Shown here: piece after piece, positions 11,327 through 21,513 of the stretch | Layout: each line of letters starts with the position of its first letter | How positions within the stretch are numbered: the stretch's first letter is position 1 | Assembly (NCBI GenBank): GCA_965644495.1 | Contig: CBFFSA010000002.1 | Span: 1,178,001-1,242,000, forward strand | Source of the DNA: Perkinsela sp. CCAP 1560/9 | Taxonomy: Eukaryota > Protista > Euglenozoa: Kinetoplastea | Direction: 5' to 3' | Length of the DNA stretch: 64,000 bases | Made by a program: the position numbers and the translations under genes | Notes under the pieces: generated by a model | What the model was told of the DNA's origin: nothing | What the model saw: only the letters and a program-made list of their open reading frames with translations | The model's database searches: none

Positions 11327-11430
11327 GCCGGGCGGGCCCTCCAAAAAAAAGATTTCAGAAGCTTGCTTCCTTCAAAATTACCGCCCCCGCGACAGCGGGT
11401 CTGCACCGCCTCGAAGGGCCCGCCGTATAT

Positions 11431-11631
11431 CCCAGATTGAAAGGGGCGAGGGAGATATGAAGCAACAGGCGTGGCAAATTCCCACTGAAAAGAAATGGTA
11501 TCTCCCTGCACGAGTTTGTCTCCGAGGTAGCAAGCGCAAAGACGTTTCTCACGCGGGGAGATATCATTTCTTTTGAGTGGGAATCTGCCACGTCTGTTGC
11601 TTCGTATCTCCCTCGCCCCTTTCAATCTGGG
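11431..11631. repeat. Long imperfect hairpin or MITE-like element
   Basis: ~84-bp arms (CCCAGATTGAAAGGGGCGAG... / ...CTCGCCCCTTTCAATCTGGG) with about 8 mismatches. Confidence 0.9.
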
Positions 11632-12507
11632 TTATAACGAAAAAGAAAACTTGTATTAATATTTATAGAAATTAATGAAAATGTTTAGGCAAAAAGTCCT
11701 GATAAATAATCCTGCCTGATGGAAAAGCGTGATTTTTCTGCGATAAGCTATCGCGGAACGTGAGATCCAAGGTCCTCTATCCGAGCTTTTCCTGTTTTTT
11801 TCTTCAAAAACATAATTATTTGAAAAACTATAATTTTTTTCGAAAAAATTAGGAATGGCATTTATAGAAATTAATGAGAAGAGGAGTATTCATTTCAAAG
11901 AAAAACTATTTACAAGAGGTGAATTAGACCACGGTGGAGGCAGGATACTTGTTCGAAATAAATAAATAAAAATCCTCAGACATTCGTTTCCCTATACAAG
12001 CTATGTTCAGCGATTTCGTACGATTTGAGTTCCGTTAGTATCCAAGTTAATGCTTTCGGGAAGTAACTTTTCATTCACACATCCTCGGAGTCCGGGGTTG
12101 TTATTCAAAAACAAATCATTTATGGACTCTGGCAAAAAACCAAGTTGTACAACCCCTTCGAAAAAGTTGTTGTTCAAGGGTTATGATCATACGCTCGTGG
12201 CGCAGAGATACGTCTCTCTGTGTGACGGCCGATACCATCGGCGCATGACCCGCATACGACGGGTGTCACACAGAGAGTGGAGTGCGAAGTAGGAGACGAG
12301 ACGCCCATCGGTCATGCTACAGCACGTATAGCCATGGTTCATGCTGCAACACGGTCAAGCCGTGGGTTCATGCTGTCAGATGGTCTATCGTGGATCATGA
12401 TGCATCATGGGGAGGTCCGTTACCGCCGCACTCGCTACAGCATGTAGGGAGAGAGGGGTGCAAGTTCGCATCCCCTATACACGCATACAACGTGTCCTCC
12501 CGCTGTA

Positions 12508-12655
12508 GCACGCCCAGTGGTCCTCAAGGGAGGCCACCATGGCGCATAGCTCCCGGGAGAAGAAAGCACGAGAAGGAGAGAGCCGGGGAGGGAAGAAAGC
12601 TCACTCGAAGAGAGCGAGCCGGGGAGGGGTGAAGAGTGCGAAGTGCGTCCCCTAC
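12508..12655 (-). repeat. Dispersed GC-rich repeat (second copy at ~60243-60388, opposite orientation)
   Basis: Shared ...GCGCCATGGTGGCCTCCCTTGAGGACCACTGGGCGTG; this copy supplies the last ~42 codons of the LRR ORF. Confidence 0.85.
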
Positions 12656-14200
12656 TAGAAGAAACAGTAATCCATCGGGTAAGTTCGTTAGATCCAGGAT
12701 TCCGGTAAAAGAATTGTAACTTAGATCAAAATGTTCTATATCTTTTTGTGACAAATTTCGTAGATCTATCGGACCGGAAAAATTATTGTGACCGGCATCA
12801 AATTCCGCCAAACGGTCAGGGAGAGCATCGAGATCAAGAGTCCCGTGGAACTGATTGTGAGCAATTCGAAATTTGAATAGTTGTGTATCTGATATCAGAT
12901 CTAAGTCCAAAGAACAGGAAAAAGCATTACCACTGAGATCAAGCTCGTTCATTTCATCTGGAACGTCAAAGAGGTCTATGATCCCAGAAAGTTTATTGTG
13001 ATCCAACTCAAGCCTAAATAAAGTATCTGGCAAAGTAGAAAAATCAACGCTCCCAATAGAGTTGTGAGAGAGAGAAATATAGGTTAAGTTCTCTGGCAGA
13101 TGCCCCACATCTAATGCTCCGGTAAAATTATTTTGACGGAGTTCCAACTCGTCAAGCGCGACTGGTAACTGATCTAAATTGAGGACTCCAGTGAATGAAT
13201 TAATGTTTGCTTTTAATGAAGTCATTGAACCTGGAAGCTCGCTTAGATTGATTGCGCCCTCAAAACAATTGTTGGATAGATCAAACTCAAACAGTAGAGC
13301 AGGCAATGCACTAAAATCTATCTTTCCTGACAGTTTGTTGTCCGATACCTCGAGAGTACGTAGGCTGTCTGGCAAAGTACTAAGCTCCAATTTTCCTGAA
13401 AAGTAGTTACTTGATGCGTCAAAATATTTCAGAGTTTTTGGGAGCGAACGCAAGTCTAGATAGTTTTCGAATACATTTTCCGATAGCGACACGAGCTGTA
13501 ATACACTGGGCAGATGAGAGATATCTACGGTACCCGTAAAAGCATTATTTCCGATATTCAAAAATTTCAGAGACTTTGGCAGTTCGCATAAATTCACAGT
13601 CCCTTCGAAGTCATTTTCTTCCAAATTAAGATCGGCTAGATTGACGGGCAAGTCACTTAAATCTGTGCTGCCGGTAAATGAGTTTTTCATTAGATCGATG
13701 GTTGTTAACGTAGAAGGCAAACACGTGAAATCAATTATACCTATGAACCTGTTAAGAGTGAGGACTAGCTCAGTGAGATTGGGTGGCAGATATCGTAGAT
13801 CGGCGGGCGACGAAAAGCCGTTTCCTCTCACGTGAAATATAGTAACAGTCCTAGGAATATTTACCAAATCTAATTTACCGTTTTCTTTCATCTCACCTAA
13901 GTAAAGAACCAACACATCAATATCCCATCGAATTTCAGTTACCTCGCCCTTCGTATTGCATTGTATGCCTTTCCACTCGCATGCAGGTGTAGATATTTTC
14001 CATGACGAGTGAGGTTCGATTATTTCTGATACTAGTCGTTCAAGCGCATATTCTTGTGGTAGAATAGAGCCTTGAATCTTCCCGATCCGGGTATTACTGG
14101 TTTCGCCATGAAATGCCTCAGTACTTGTAGTGCCAGTGTACATCTTCCGACGCTTTGTGGGAGGTTGTCGATCATCACATAAATACGAAGCAAGTGTCAT
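12524..14200 (-). CDS. Long leucine-rich repeat protein
   Basis: Cap motif plus ~17 LRRs of the LPxxLxxLxLxxNxFxGxxDL type; PPTKRRK near the N-terminus; C-terminus derived from a repeat. Confidence 0.9.
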   Translation of the reverse strand: MTLASYLCDDRQPPTKRRKMYTGTTSTEAFHGETSNTRIGKIQGSILPQEYALERLVSEIIEPHSSWKISTPACEWKGIQCNTKGEVTEIRWDIDVLVLYLGEMKENGKLDLVNIPRTVTIFHVRGNGFSSPADLRYLPPNLTELVLTLNRFIGIIDFTCLPSTLTTIDLMKNSFTGSTDLSDLPVNLADLNLEENDFEGTVNLCELPKSLKFLNIGNNAFTGTVDISHLPSVLQLVSLSENVFENYLDLRSLPKTLKYFDASSNYFSGKLELSTLPDSLRTLEVSDNKLSGKIDFSALPALLFEFDLSNNCFEGAINLSELPGSMTSLKANINSFTGVLNLDQLPVALDELELRQNNFTGALDVGHLPENLTYISLSHNSIGSVDFSTLPDTLFRLELDHNKLSGIIDLFDVPDEMNELDLSGNAFSCSLDLDLISDTQLFKFRIAHNQFHGTLDLDALPDRLAEFDAGHNNFSGPIDLRNLSQKDIEHFDLSYNSFTGILDLTNLPDGLLFLLVGDALRTLHPSPARSLRVSFLPSPALSFSCFLLPGAMRHGGLP

Positions 14201-14402
14201 GTGTAGCTGAGTAACAAACTCCCTCTCTCTCTTTATGAAGATGAATCCAAAAACGCCGTCGGATCAACGATTAAGGAAATTGCGGTGGTTGTATAACTAC
14301 CGCTCTACCCTCGAGTATTAAAAACAAAGTGAACAAAAACAGTGAAAATACAAAGAGGAATACAGTAATTTATTATAAATTAATATATTTATTATATATT
14401 TA

Positions 14403-15283
14403 TTGCGGTGGTTGTAAAACTACCGCTCTACACTCGATTATTGAAAAAAAAGTGAACAAAAACAGTGAAAATATAAAGAGGAACACAGTAATATAATAGA
14501 AGAAAAAAATATAAAAGGGGGCTCCGGTGGACCAAAACTGAAAAAAAAATTGAAAAAAATGGGGGGTCCATGGGGGGGGTCCAGGGGGGGGGGCATGGTC
14601 GAGCAAATTTTTTCGAAAAAATTAGTTTTCGAAAAAAAACCGCAGAAAGGGTAGCCGGGGTCTTGGCGCGCATTTTACACCCCCCTACCCGGGGGTGACC
14701 CCCCGGCGTATCCGCAGGACGGGTCCACCAAGTTCGGATTTTTTCGGAAAAAAATTTTTGAAAAAAATTTCAACTTGGCGAAAAAAATTACAAAAAAAAT
14801 ATTTTTCCAAAATCGTTTCCCCTATTGTATTTTGATAGTTTGGGACCTACACTAGCTTTCTACGCAGTTGTTTTCGCAAGGTATCACTTCTTCGAACTGT
14901 GGTGCGCCCCCCAAAATGACCCATTTTTGACTAAAAAAGGTGAAAAAGTATTTTTCGGACCTAAAGGGGCATTTTTGTGTCGAAAGAATGGTATGGTTGG
15001 AGTCGCATTCTCTACCCAATACGTTCGGTAGGCTTTCATTCATGCCTGCGAGTGATTTCCCACGCGCAAATGTCGGATTTAGTGCTCTGAGAGCAAAAAT
15101 ATGCGAAAATGACCCCATTTTTACCCGAAATTCGGCTATTTTTGGCTATAATCTTTCCGTTTTCCAGGCTAAATTTTCTTTTTTAGGCTCTTCGTTAAAC
15201 GCGGCGGTAGTTTTCAACGCGAAGCGCGCAGCATGAGTGACTTCTAAGTTGAAAGCAACCACCGCTTTTAACGAAGAGCCTAA
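14403..15283 (+). mobile_element. Non-autonomous multicopy element with asymmetric hairpin ends (full copy)
   Basis: Starts TTGCGGTGGTTGTA(T/A)AACTACCGC and ends with a ~100-bp hairpin TTAGGCTCTTCGTTAAAC...TTTAACGAAGAGCCTAA; truncated copy at 14280-14370. Confidence 0.85.
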
Positions 15284-15859
15284 AAAAGAAATAATAGAAG
15301 AAAAAAATATAAAAGGGGGCTCCGGTGGACCAAAAACTGAAAAAAAATAAAATGTCCATGGTGGATTGTCAATGTGAGTGCACCAAATTGTCATACTCAG
15401 AGCACCACAATTTATAGGATTATCATACTCAGTGCACCGAGAGGTACATTTTATCATAATTGAAATGATGAATATAACAAAAACATCAATGTCAGGTACC
15501 ACCCCTGAATAAAAGGGGGATGTTTTCATAGGCTAGTGATCTTTTGGGTAGCGAGCTGACAGGAAGGCTAGCAAATGAGAACGGTTTCACTTATACCTAA
15601 TAGGTTCTACTTGATAGGTAGCTGCCCACTACAGTAACCTTCATTTGCGGGTAACGGGATGGTCTTCTTGATGGGAACTGTTGACAAAATGTTGTTACAA
15701 AGGAGATGAAGTACGTTTATTTAAAACTATGAGATTGAAGAAAAGGCACATAAACAAAATTCGCACGTTTAAATTAACGAATCGTTTTTTGTTTTTGTTT
15801 TGCGATAGATTAAGTTCGGAACTGCACGTGCAACTGTGCTTGTTTCATGACATTAACCA

Positions 15860-16146
15860 ATAACGCGTGATCCGTGCACAATCCTTTCTGTTGACGTGTA
15901 AGAGAATCTGCCGGATTGTGCAGCATCCTACCGAGAGTTGTGCCCAACGCTCACCGTTGGATACGCAATGTTTCCAATGCAATGTTTCCTCCACCCGCCA
16001 ATACGTGATCCCTAGGAACGTGCCGGAAGATTGAGGTGGTTCCAGGCATTTCCACACAACACATCCTTTAGGTGGGGGGTTAAATCTGTCTGTGAAGGGT
16101 CTGGCTTGCCAGTGACCGATCGGAGCAACCCGAAATGATTTAGATT
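15860..16146 (+). mobile_element. Decayed 3' end of an RTE-like LINE
   Basis: Broken frames VRESAGLCSIL...HRWIRNV and RAGRLRW resemble LINE C-termini; the last 60 nt match the SINE 3' end at 54/60. Confidence 0.55.
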
Positions 16147-17060
16147 CGTTGAATCATTTCAAATTCAGAACGATTTTCTTCCATGTCAGTTTCATCATCG
16201 CTTTGATCATAAAGTTGTGCCACAGCGTCTTGTAGTTCTAAAATTTAAATTGGTGTTCAATAGGTTCAATACTCTGCGACATCATTTAAATTTTACGATG
16301 TAAGAAGATTTCATGGGGTAAAGTTAAAAACGCATGGGACAACGTGGACAAGCTAAAAGTAACATAAAATATAGAATGTGCAACACGAGGTATTCCAAAA
16401 CTCAAGAAAAGGAAATTATGCTCAATGTCGATAGCATAGTGTACTTCAATAGTTTGAGGATTTCCGAGAGAACTACAAATTCGAATTTATAACTTTGAAT
16501 CACTTATTCACCCCCCTTACTTCACCACCCCCCTTACTTCACCACAAAGTACGAGTTTTGGACCGAAAAGTGGGGGCTAAGTAAGGGGGGGATAACGGTA
16601 TTATTAACACATTTATACTTTTAAGTATTCTTTTTTATACTTTTACACTCTCAGGTGTTATGCAGCAGTAGCACACACGTTCGTACGCTGTGACATGTCC
16701 ACTGCTTTTTCTTGGTGCACTGAGTATGACGAAATGTCGACATTTCAGAAGGGTGATTTTTTGGGTATGACTGGGTGCACTGAGTATGACAAAAAGGTGG
16801 TGCACTGAGTATGACAATCCAGGAGTCCACGGGGGAGGTCCCGGGGGGCATACGTCGCGATTTGTTTTTCAATTTTTTTGCTTTCCAAAATCGAGGACAG
16901 GAAAGTGCTAGAGTATGCCGCGGCGATGTTTTTCTACCCTCCCCCCCCACCTGGGGGTGACCCCCCTGGTACGCGCAGGAGGGGTCCGACAAGTTCGAAA
17001 ATTCCGAAATTTTTGGGATGACCCCAAAAAAAATATTTTTGACCAAAACAAAAGGATGTA

Positions 17061-19424
17061 CAGTGCTCGCAAAAATTAGTAAAACTTTTATTGTAAGATA
17101 GCAAAAAAGTTTTACTAATTAAAAATTCACTAATTTTTGCGCTGCCCCCAAAAAATTTGCCAACTTGATAAAATGTCTTAAATACAAGAGAGCGATGTTT
17201 CGCGTTCGAGGAGCGAAGAAAGCCTTTTAAAAATAGGAATATAACGAACAAGAAAGTCAGAGATTCAGAAAAAAATCAGGAGCGGGGAAAGTAATATGTG
17301 TCTGTAGCACAGAGTAAAAAACACCCAGAAAAAATAATATTAATAAAAATCTTGCTCATAGAAATATTGCTCACAGAAATCTTGCTCGCTTTCCGTTTCA
17401 CTTTCCCCTTCAAATTCCGAACTGTCTTCATAATCGCTGCTATAGTCAATGTGATTACTGTGCATGCATTTGTATTTATCTGACTGGACCTTTCGAGGAG
17501 TTAAACGAATAGGCGTGCATATAGACGTAGCTTCAGAGAAAAATGTATTTTCTGCACTGGCGGATGTCTCAATTTCAGAAGAAGTCTTCCCGAAACCCCA
17601 TAGATCTAGTTTTGCACACTTCTTTTGAGAAAAGAATAACTTCTTCTGAGCTCGACTCATGCCTTTTGTCTGTTCTTTCAGTTTGTATCCTTCCTCACGA
17701 GCTTAATTCTTTTTTTCCTTCTCAATTCTATTTGACTCAAGCCGTTCAGAAAGGCTGGGGTTGGGAGGACGACCTCGTTTCTTGCTTTGAAGAGAGACAA
17801 TATGCTGAATATTTTCCTGTCGAATATCTTGGTCTTCGGGGGGTTCGATTTCATCAACGTTAACATTTACGTGCATTTCTTGTAGCTCATCTCCATGTCT
17901 GCTGACTGTTTCACGTTCGCTGTCGGTGAGCAAGGATGCGTACGCGTCGGCTCGTGTCGGAGTACACCTCTCAGTTTCATCAAAAAGAGCGGCAGTTATA
18001 CCCGTAACTTTCCAAGAAGCAATGACTTGAGCACGAGTAATTTCTCGCATAGCTTTGGTAATTAGCGTGACTTTTTGCGTTCGGAGATGTGAAGCGGAAG
18101 ACATAACCATTTCATGGACGGCATCTTCGACATTTTGACGGGCAAAAATGCGAGCAACATAACCATTGAAAAGTGCTCGAGCCTTGACTTTCAACCCAGA
18201 TATCACAAACTGATCCGCCGGCTGAAAAACGTGAGTCATTTTAGGCGGAATTTCTACACACTGGCAGCTTTTGGAGGAAAGCGCCGTGGCAGAGTCTTTG
18301 TGTTGAGTTGCACCATCTATGATAAAGAGAGCCGGAGTGTTAACGTCTGAAAGTTTGCTCCTCTCCACACCAACAATATCAAGAAATCTTTCTAGAAATT
18401 CGGCCCAAGTGCTTGAATCCTGAAAGTGAGATCCTGTCCGAGCGCACTGTAGAACTCGATCACTGTGTTCAACGTCGACAAACATGCGGGAGGTACCCCG
18501 AAAAATGAATTGTAGAAGATTCAAATCACCAGCAGCATTCGCTAGCACCGTACAAGTGAAACCCCCTTTGCGATTCTGGATTGCAACACTTCTACTTTCT
18601 CCGACGTCAATCCACTTCATTTTCATTCAATCCACTTCATGTTTGAGCCTTCTGGAGAAAGACCAACGAAAAACTCGTCCGCGTTAAAAACAAGCTCTTT
18701 TCGAACACCGAAAGATTTTAGGCCACGTAGATGAGAAAAAAATACATTAGCTGCCTGTGCAACTTCAATAGGTGTCACAGTTCGAGTTGTAGTTGCCCGT
18801 CGCACCTTAATGCCATTGCGGTGCATCCAAGAGTTTGCCCAAGAAATCGAAAACTTCAACGTGCCACCGTTCAGCACTGTGGATCCCGTCTGTCGCTGCT
18901 CTCCGATACCTTTCGTAATGTTGGCTACGCGAGCTGCGTCGACGGCAACGCCAGTTCGTCGAATCAGCAAAAAAGCTTTTAACAACTGAGCTTCTTCGTC
19001 TTCCGTGAGAAGACTCTTTCGACCCCGAGAACCAACGTCATCCAAACGCGCAATGCGCTTGTACTTGGTGATAGCGGCTGAACTGAGACTTCGATGAAAT
19101 TTCAGCTCAAACTTTCGTCGAACATCTTCGCCCCGAAAAACACCACGAGTGTGTTCGAATAACCAATTCTTTTGCTCATCTGCTAAGGAAGTTCCGGAGG
19201 GCGTGTTGCTAGACGAAGCACTTATCAGATTGCTGAGAAATAACATTTCTCCGATGTCGTGCGACATAGTAGTCTGAAAACTTTTCGTAAAAAAAAATAA
19301 ATTCCGAAAAAAATAAAAAAACATTTAAGGTGTAAAACCTGAATTTTGCAAAATGTTTTACTAATTAAAAATTTACTAATTTTTGTTTTACGAATTATTA
19401 TTACACTAATAATTGTGTACACTG
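17061..19424 (-). mobile_element. pogo/Tigger-like DNA transposon with frameshifted transposase
   Basis: CENP-B-type HTH (FSISWANSWMHRNGI) and catalytic motifs VFNADE / FIIDGATQH / THVFQPADQ in ORFs 18623-19324 and 17703-18626. TA-flanked degenerate TIRs CAGTGCTCGCAAAAATTAGT vs CAGTGTACACAATTATTAGT (15/20). Confidence 0.88.
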
Positions 19425-19553
19425 TACTTATTAAAGGATTTACTTTATTTTACTATAAAACTTTAATAACCTTTATTTCTCTTTCCTTAAAAAATCGACA
19501 GAATACGGCCGCCTAGTAGAACAGACTGTCACCTTCGCAGTGTACCTGGTGGA

Positions 19554-20122
19554 TTGCGGTGGTTGTATAACTACCGCTCTACCCTCGATTATTGAAAAAC
19601 AGTGAAAAACAGTGAAAATATAAAGAGGAACACAGTATTATAGAAGAAAAAAATATAAAGGGGGGCCCCGGTGGTCCAAAATTGAAAAAAATGGGGGTCC
19701 AGGGGGGGGTCCAGGGGGCATACGTCGTTTTTTGAAAATTTCAAAATCTTGATTTTCGAAATCGAGCGCAGGGAAGTGGTAGAGTAGGCCGCGGCGATGA
19801 CTTTCCACCCCCCCACCTAGGGGTACCCCCCCTGGTACGCGCGGGAGGGGTCCGACAAGGTCAAAGATTGCGAAATTTTTGGGAGGACTAAAACCCAAAA
19901 AAAAGCAAAAATATTATTTTTCCAAAATCGACTCCTAAACCGTATTTCGAGAGTTTTGGACCTCAGCTACCATTCTACGACGTTTTTGTCGACAGATTCG
20001 ACTCCTGCCCCTACTGGTAAGGCATCCAAAACAGCCCAAATTCGGTGTAAAATTTCGCAATTTTTACCATAAAATCGAGCTTTTTCACCCAAAAGAACCA
20101 CCGCGTTTAACGAAGAGCCTAA
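19554..20122 (+). mobile_element. Asymmetric-end element, shorter subfamily
   Basis: Same left terminus; ends AACCACCGCGTTTAACGAAGAGCCTAA without the first arm of the long hairpin. Confidence 0.85.
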
Positions 20123-20399
20123 TTATTATGCTGAAAGAGTATCCACGCGACGCTTGAAAAACACACCTGTGCGCCCTCGGATGATCTCTGGGCCCGTGAA
20201 GCGCCACATCAAGCTCTTAGGGCAGCTTCACAGCCCAGAACAGGTTACCAATACCTTAGGGGGGGGACGCGTCTGTGGTGATATGGTATATGGCAGAATT
20301 CGAAGTGAACATTGATTCATTTCATGATTGAAGAGCATGAATTCATGAAACATGAAAAGCATGAAAAACATGATTGAAAAGCAAAAGTAAAATGCATTA

Positions 20400-20820
20400 C
20401 AACTCTCTGGCTAACGAAGGAAAGAGTGAATTTTAAGTTTTGTGTCAGAACATCAAAACATCAGCACAGCACATTAGCACGCTGTAACGTGTTGGAATTC
20501 AACTCACGAAAAAAACCATTGCTACAGCACTGCCTGGCGGATTTCGCAGGGAACGATCGGTAGCAAGCCTCGGGGCCAAGCTGGTATCCTTAAAGTTGAA
20601 GAGGAGAGAGACCTTCTGGATGCAATCAGATTCCAAAACAAAGCTTCTAGATGTGTAAACGAACCTTCCGTGGCAGCGATTTCTCGAGGATTAATTGCTC
20701 GAACACGCAAAGAGGTTTTAAGATATCCAAATCTGAGGTTCGAACTGTACGTGGGGGAGCCTGTGATCCTTCTGGACGTCCGTGTTTCTTCCTACGTTGC
20801 GAAACATTTTGTAATGGAAC
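20400..20820 (+). pseudogene. Second pogo-like transposase N-terminal remnant
   Basis: RGQAGILKVEEERDLLDAIRFQNKASRCVNEPSVAAISRGLI parallels RGRKSLLTEDEEAQLLKAFLLIRRTGVAVDAARVANITKGI in the 18623-19324 ORF. Confidence 0.6.
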
Positions 20821-20989
20821 GGTGGATTATCTTATCCAGTGCACCAAATTATCATATCCAGTGCACTTTTTTTTAGATTATCATATCCAGTGCACCAAAA
20901 GTCTATTTTTGGAAATTCGTTGCTAGTTCTATTCTACTATAACCCCAATATCTATACTGTATACTCTAATTGTTTTTTCTTCATTCCTC

Positions 20990-21460
20990 ATGTCAAAATA
21001 TCAGAGGCTCGGGCAAAGGGGCAGAGTCACCATTCAAGAGATGTTGAGGCAGGCGCAACACGGCGTGAGATCGGCACGGCCATCGGTAAATCCCTTAGCA
21101 CCGTTAGCCATGAGCTGACCCGTAACAAGAAACGGGGTCGTCGTTACGAAGCCAGCCGCGCACACAGAGTGTCAAAGCGCCGCCTGGCGATTAAGGCTGT
21201 GCGTCCCTGGCTATCCGTGGGCCTGTGGAACGGGACAGAAATTTCGAAAGATGAAAGAGTGAATAAAAACCTTCGTTGCAATTCATATTTCTGCGCTCCG
21301 TACCATTCATGGGAAAAGGAGGCGGTGGAAAATGTGAATGGTCTAATTCGACAATACCACAAGGCGACCAACTCATTCTCTCAGCCTCACGGAGGTCACC
21401 AAGACAGCAAGAAAGTTGAACAAGAGGCCGAGAAAGGTTTTATGGTGGGAATGTCTGAAG
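20990..21460 (+). pseudogene. IS30-family transposase remnant (internally deleted, frameshifted)
   Basis: HTH REIGTAIGKSLSTVSHELTRN...YEASRAH; catalytic tail NGTEI...YFCAPYHSWEKEAVENVNGLIRQY; and, in the next frame, LNKRPRKVLWW. Confidence 0.85.
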
Positions 21461-21513
21461 GCACTATACGTGAAATGCTTTGTGAACGAAAAAAGAATTT
21501 CGATACAGTTTTA

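Noticed and set aside
10756-11625. 289-aa ORF with LATLPQHGQ repeats
   Set aside because: Read-through of a hairpin, the 27-bp minisatellite and the satellite.
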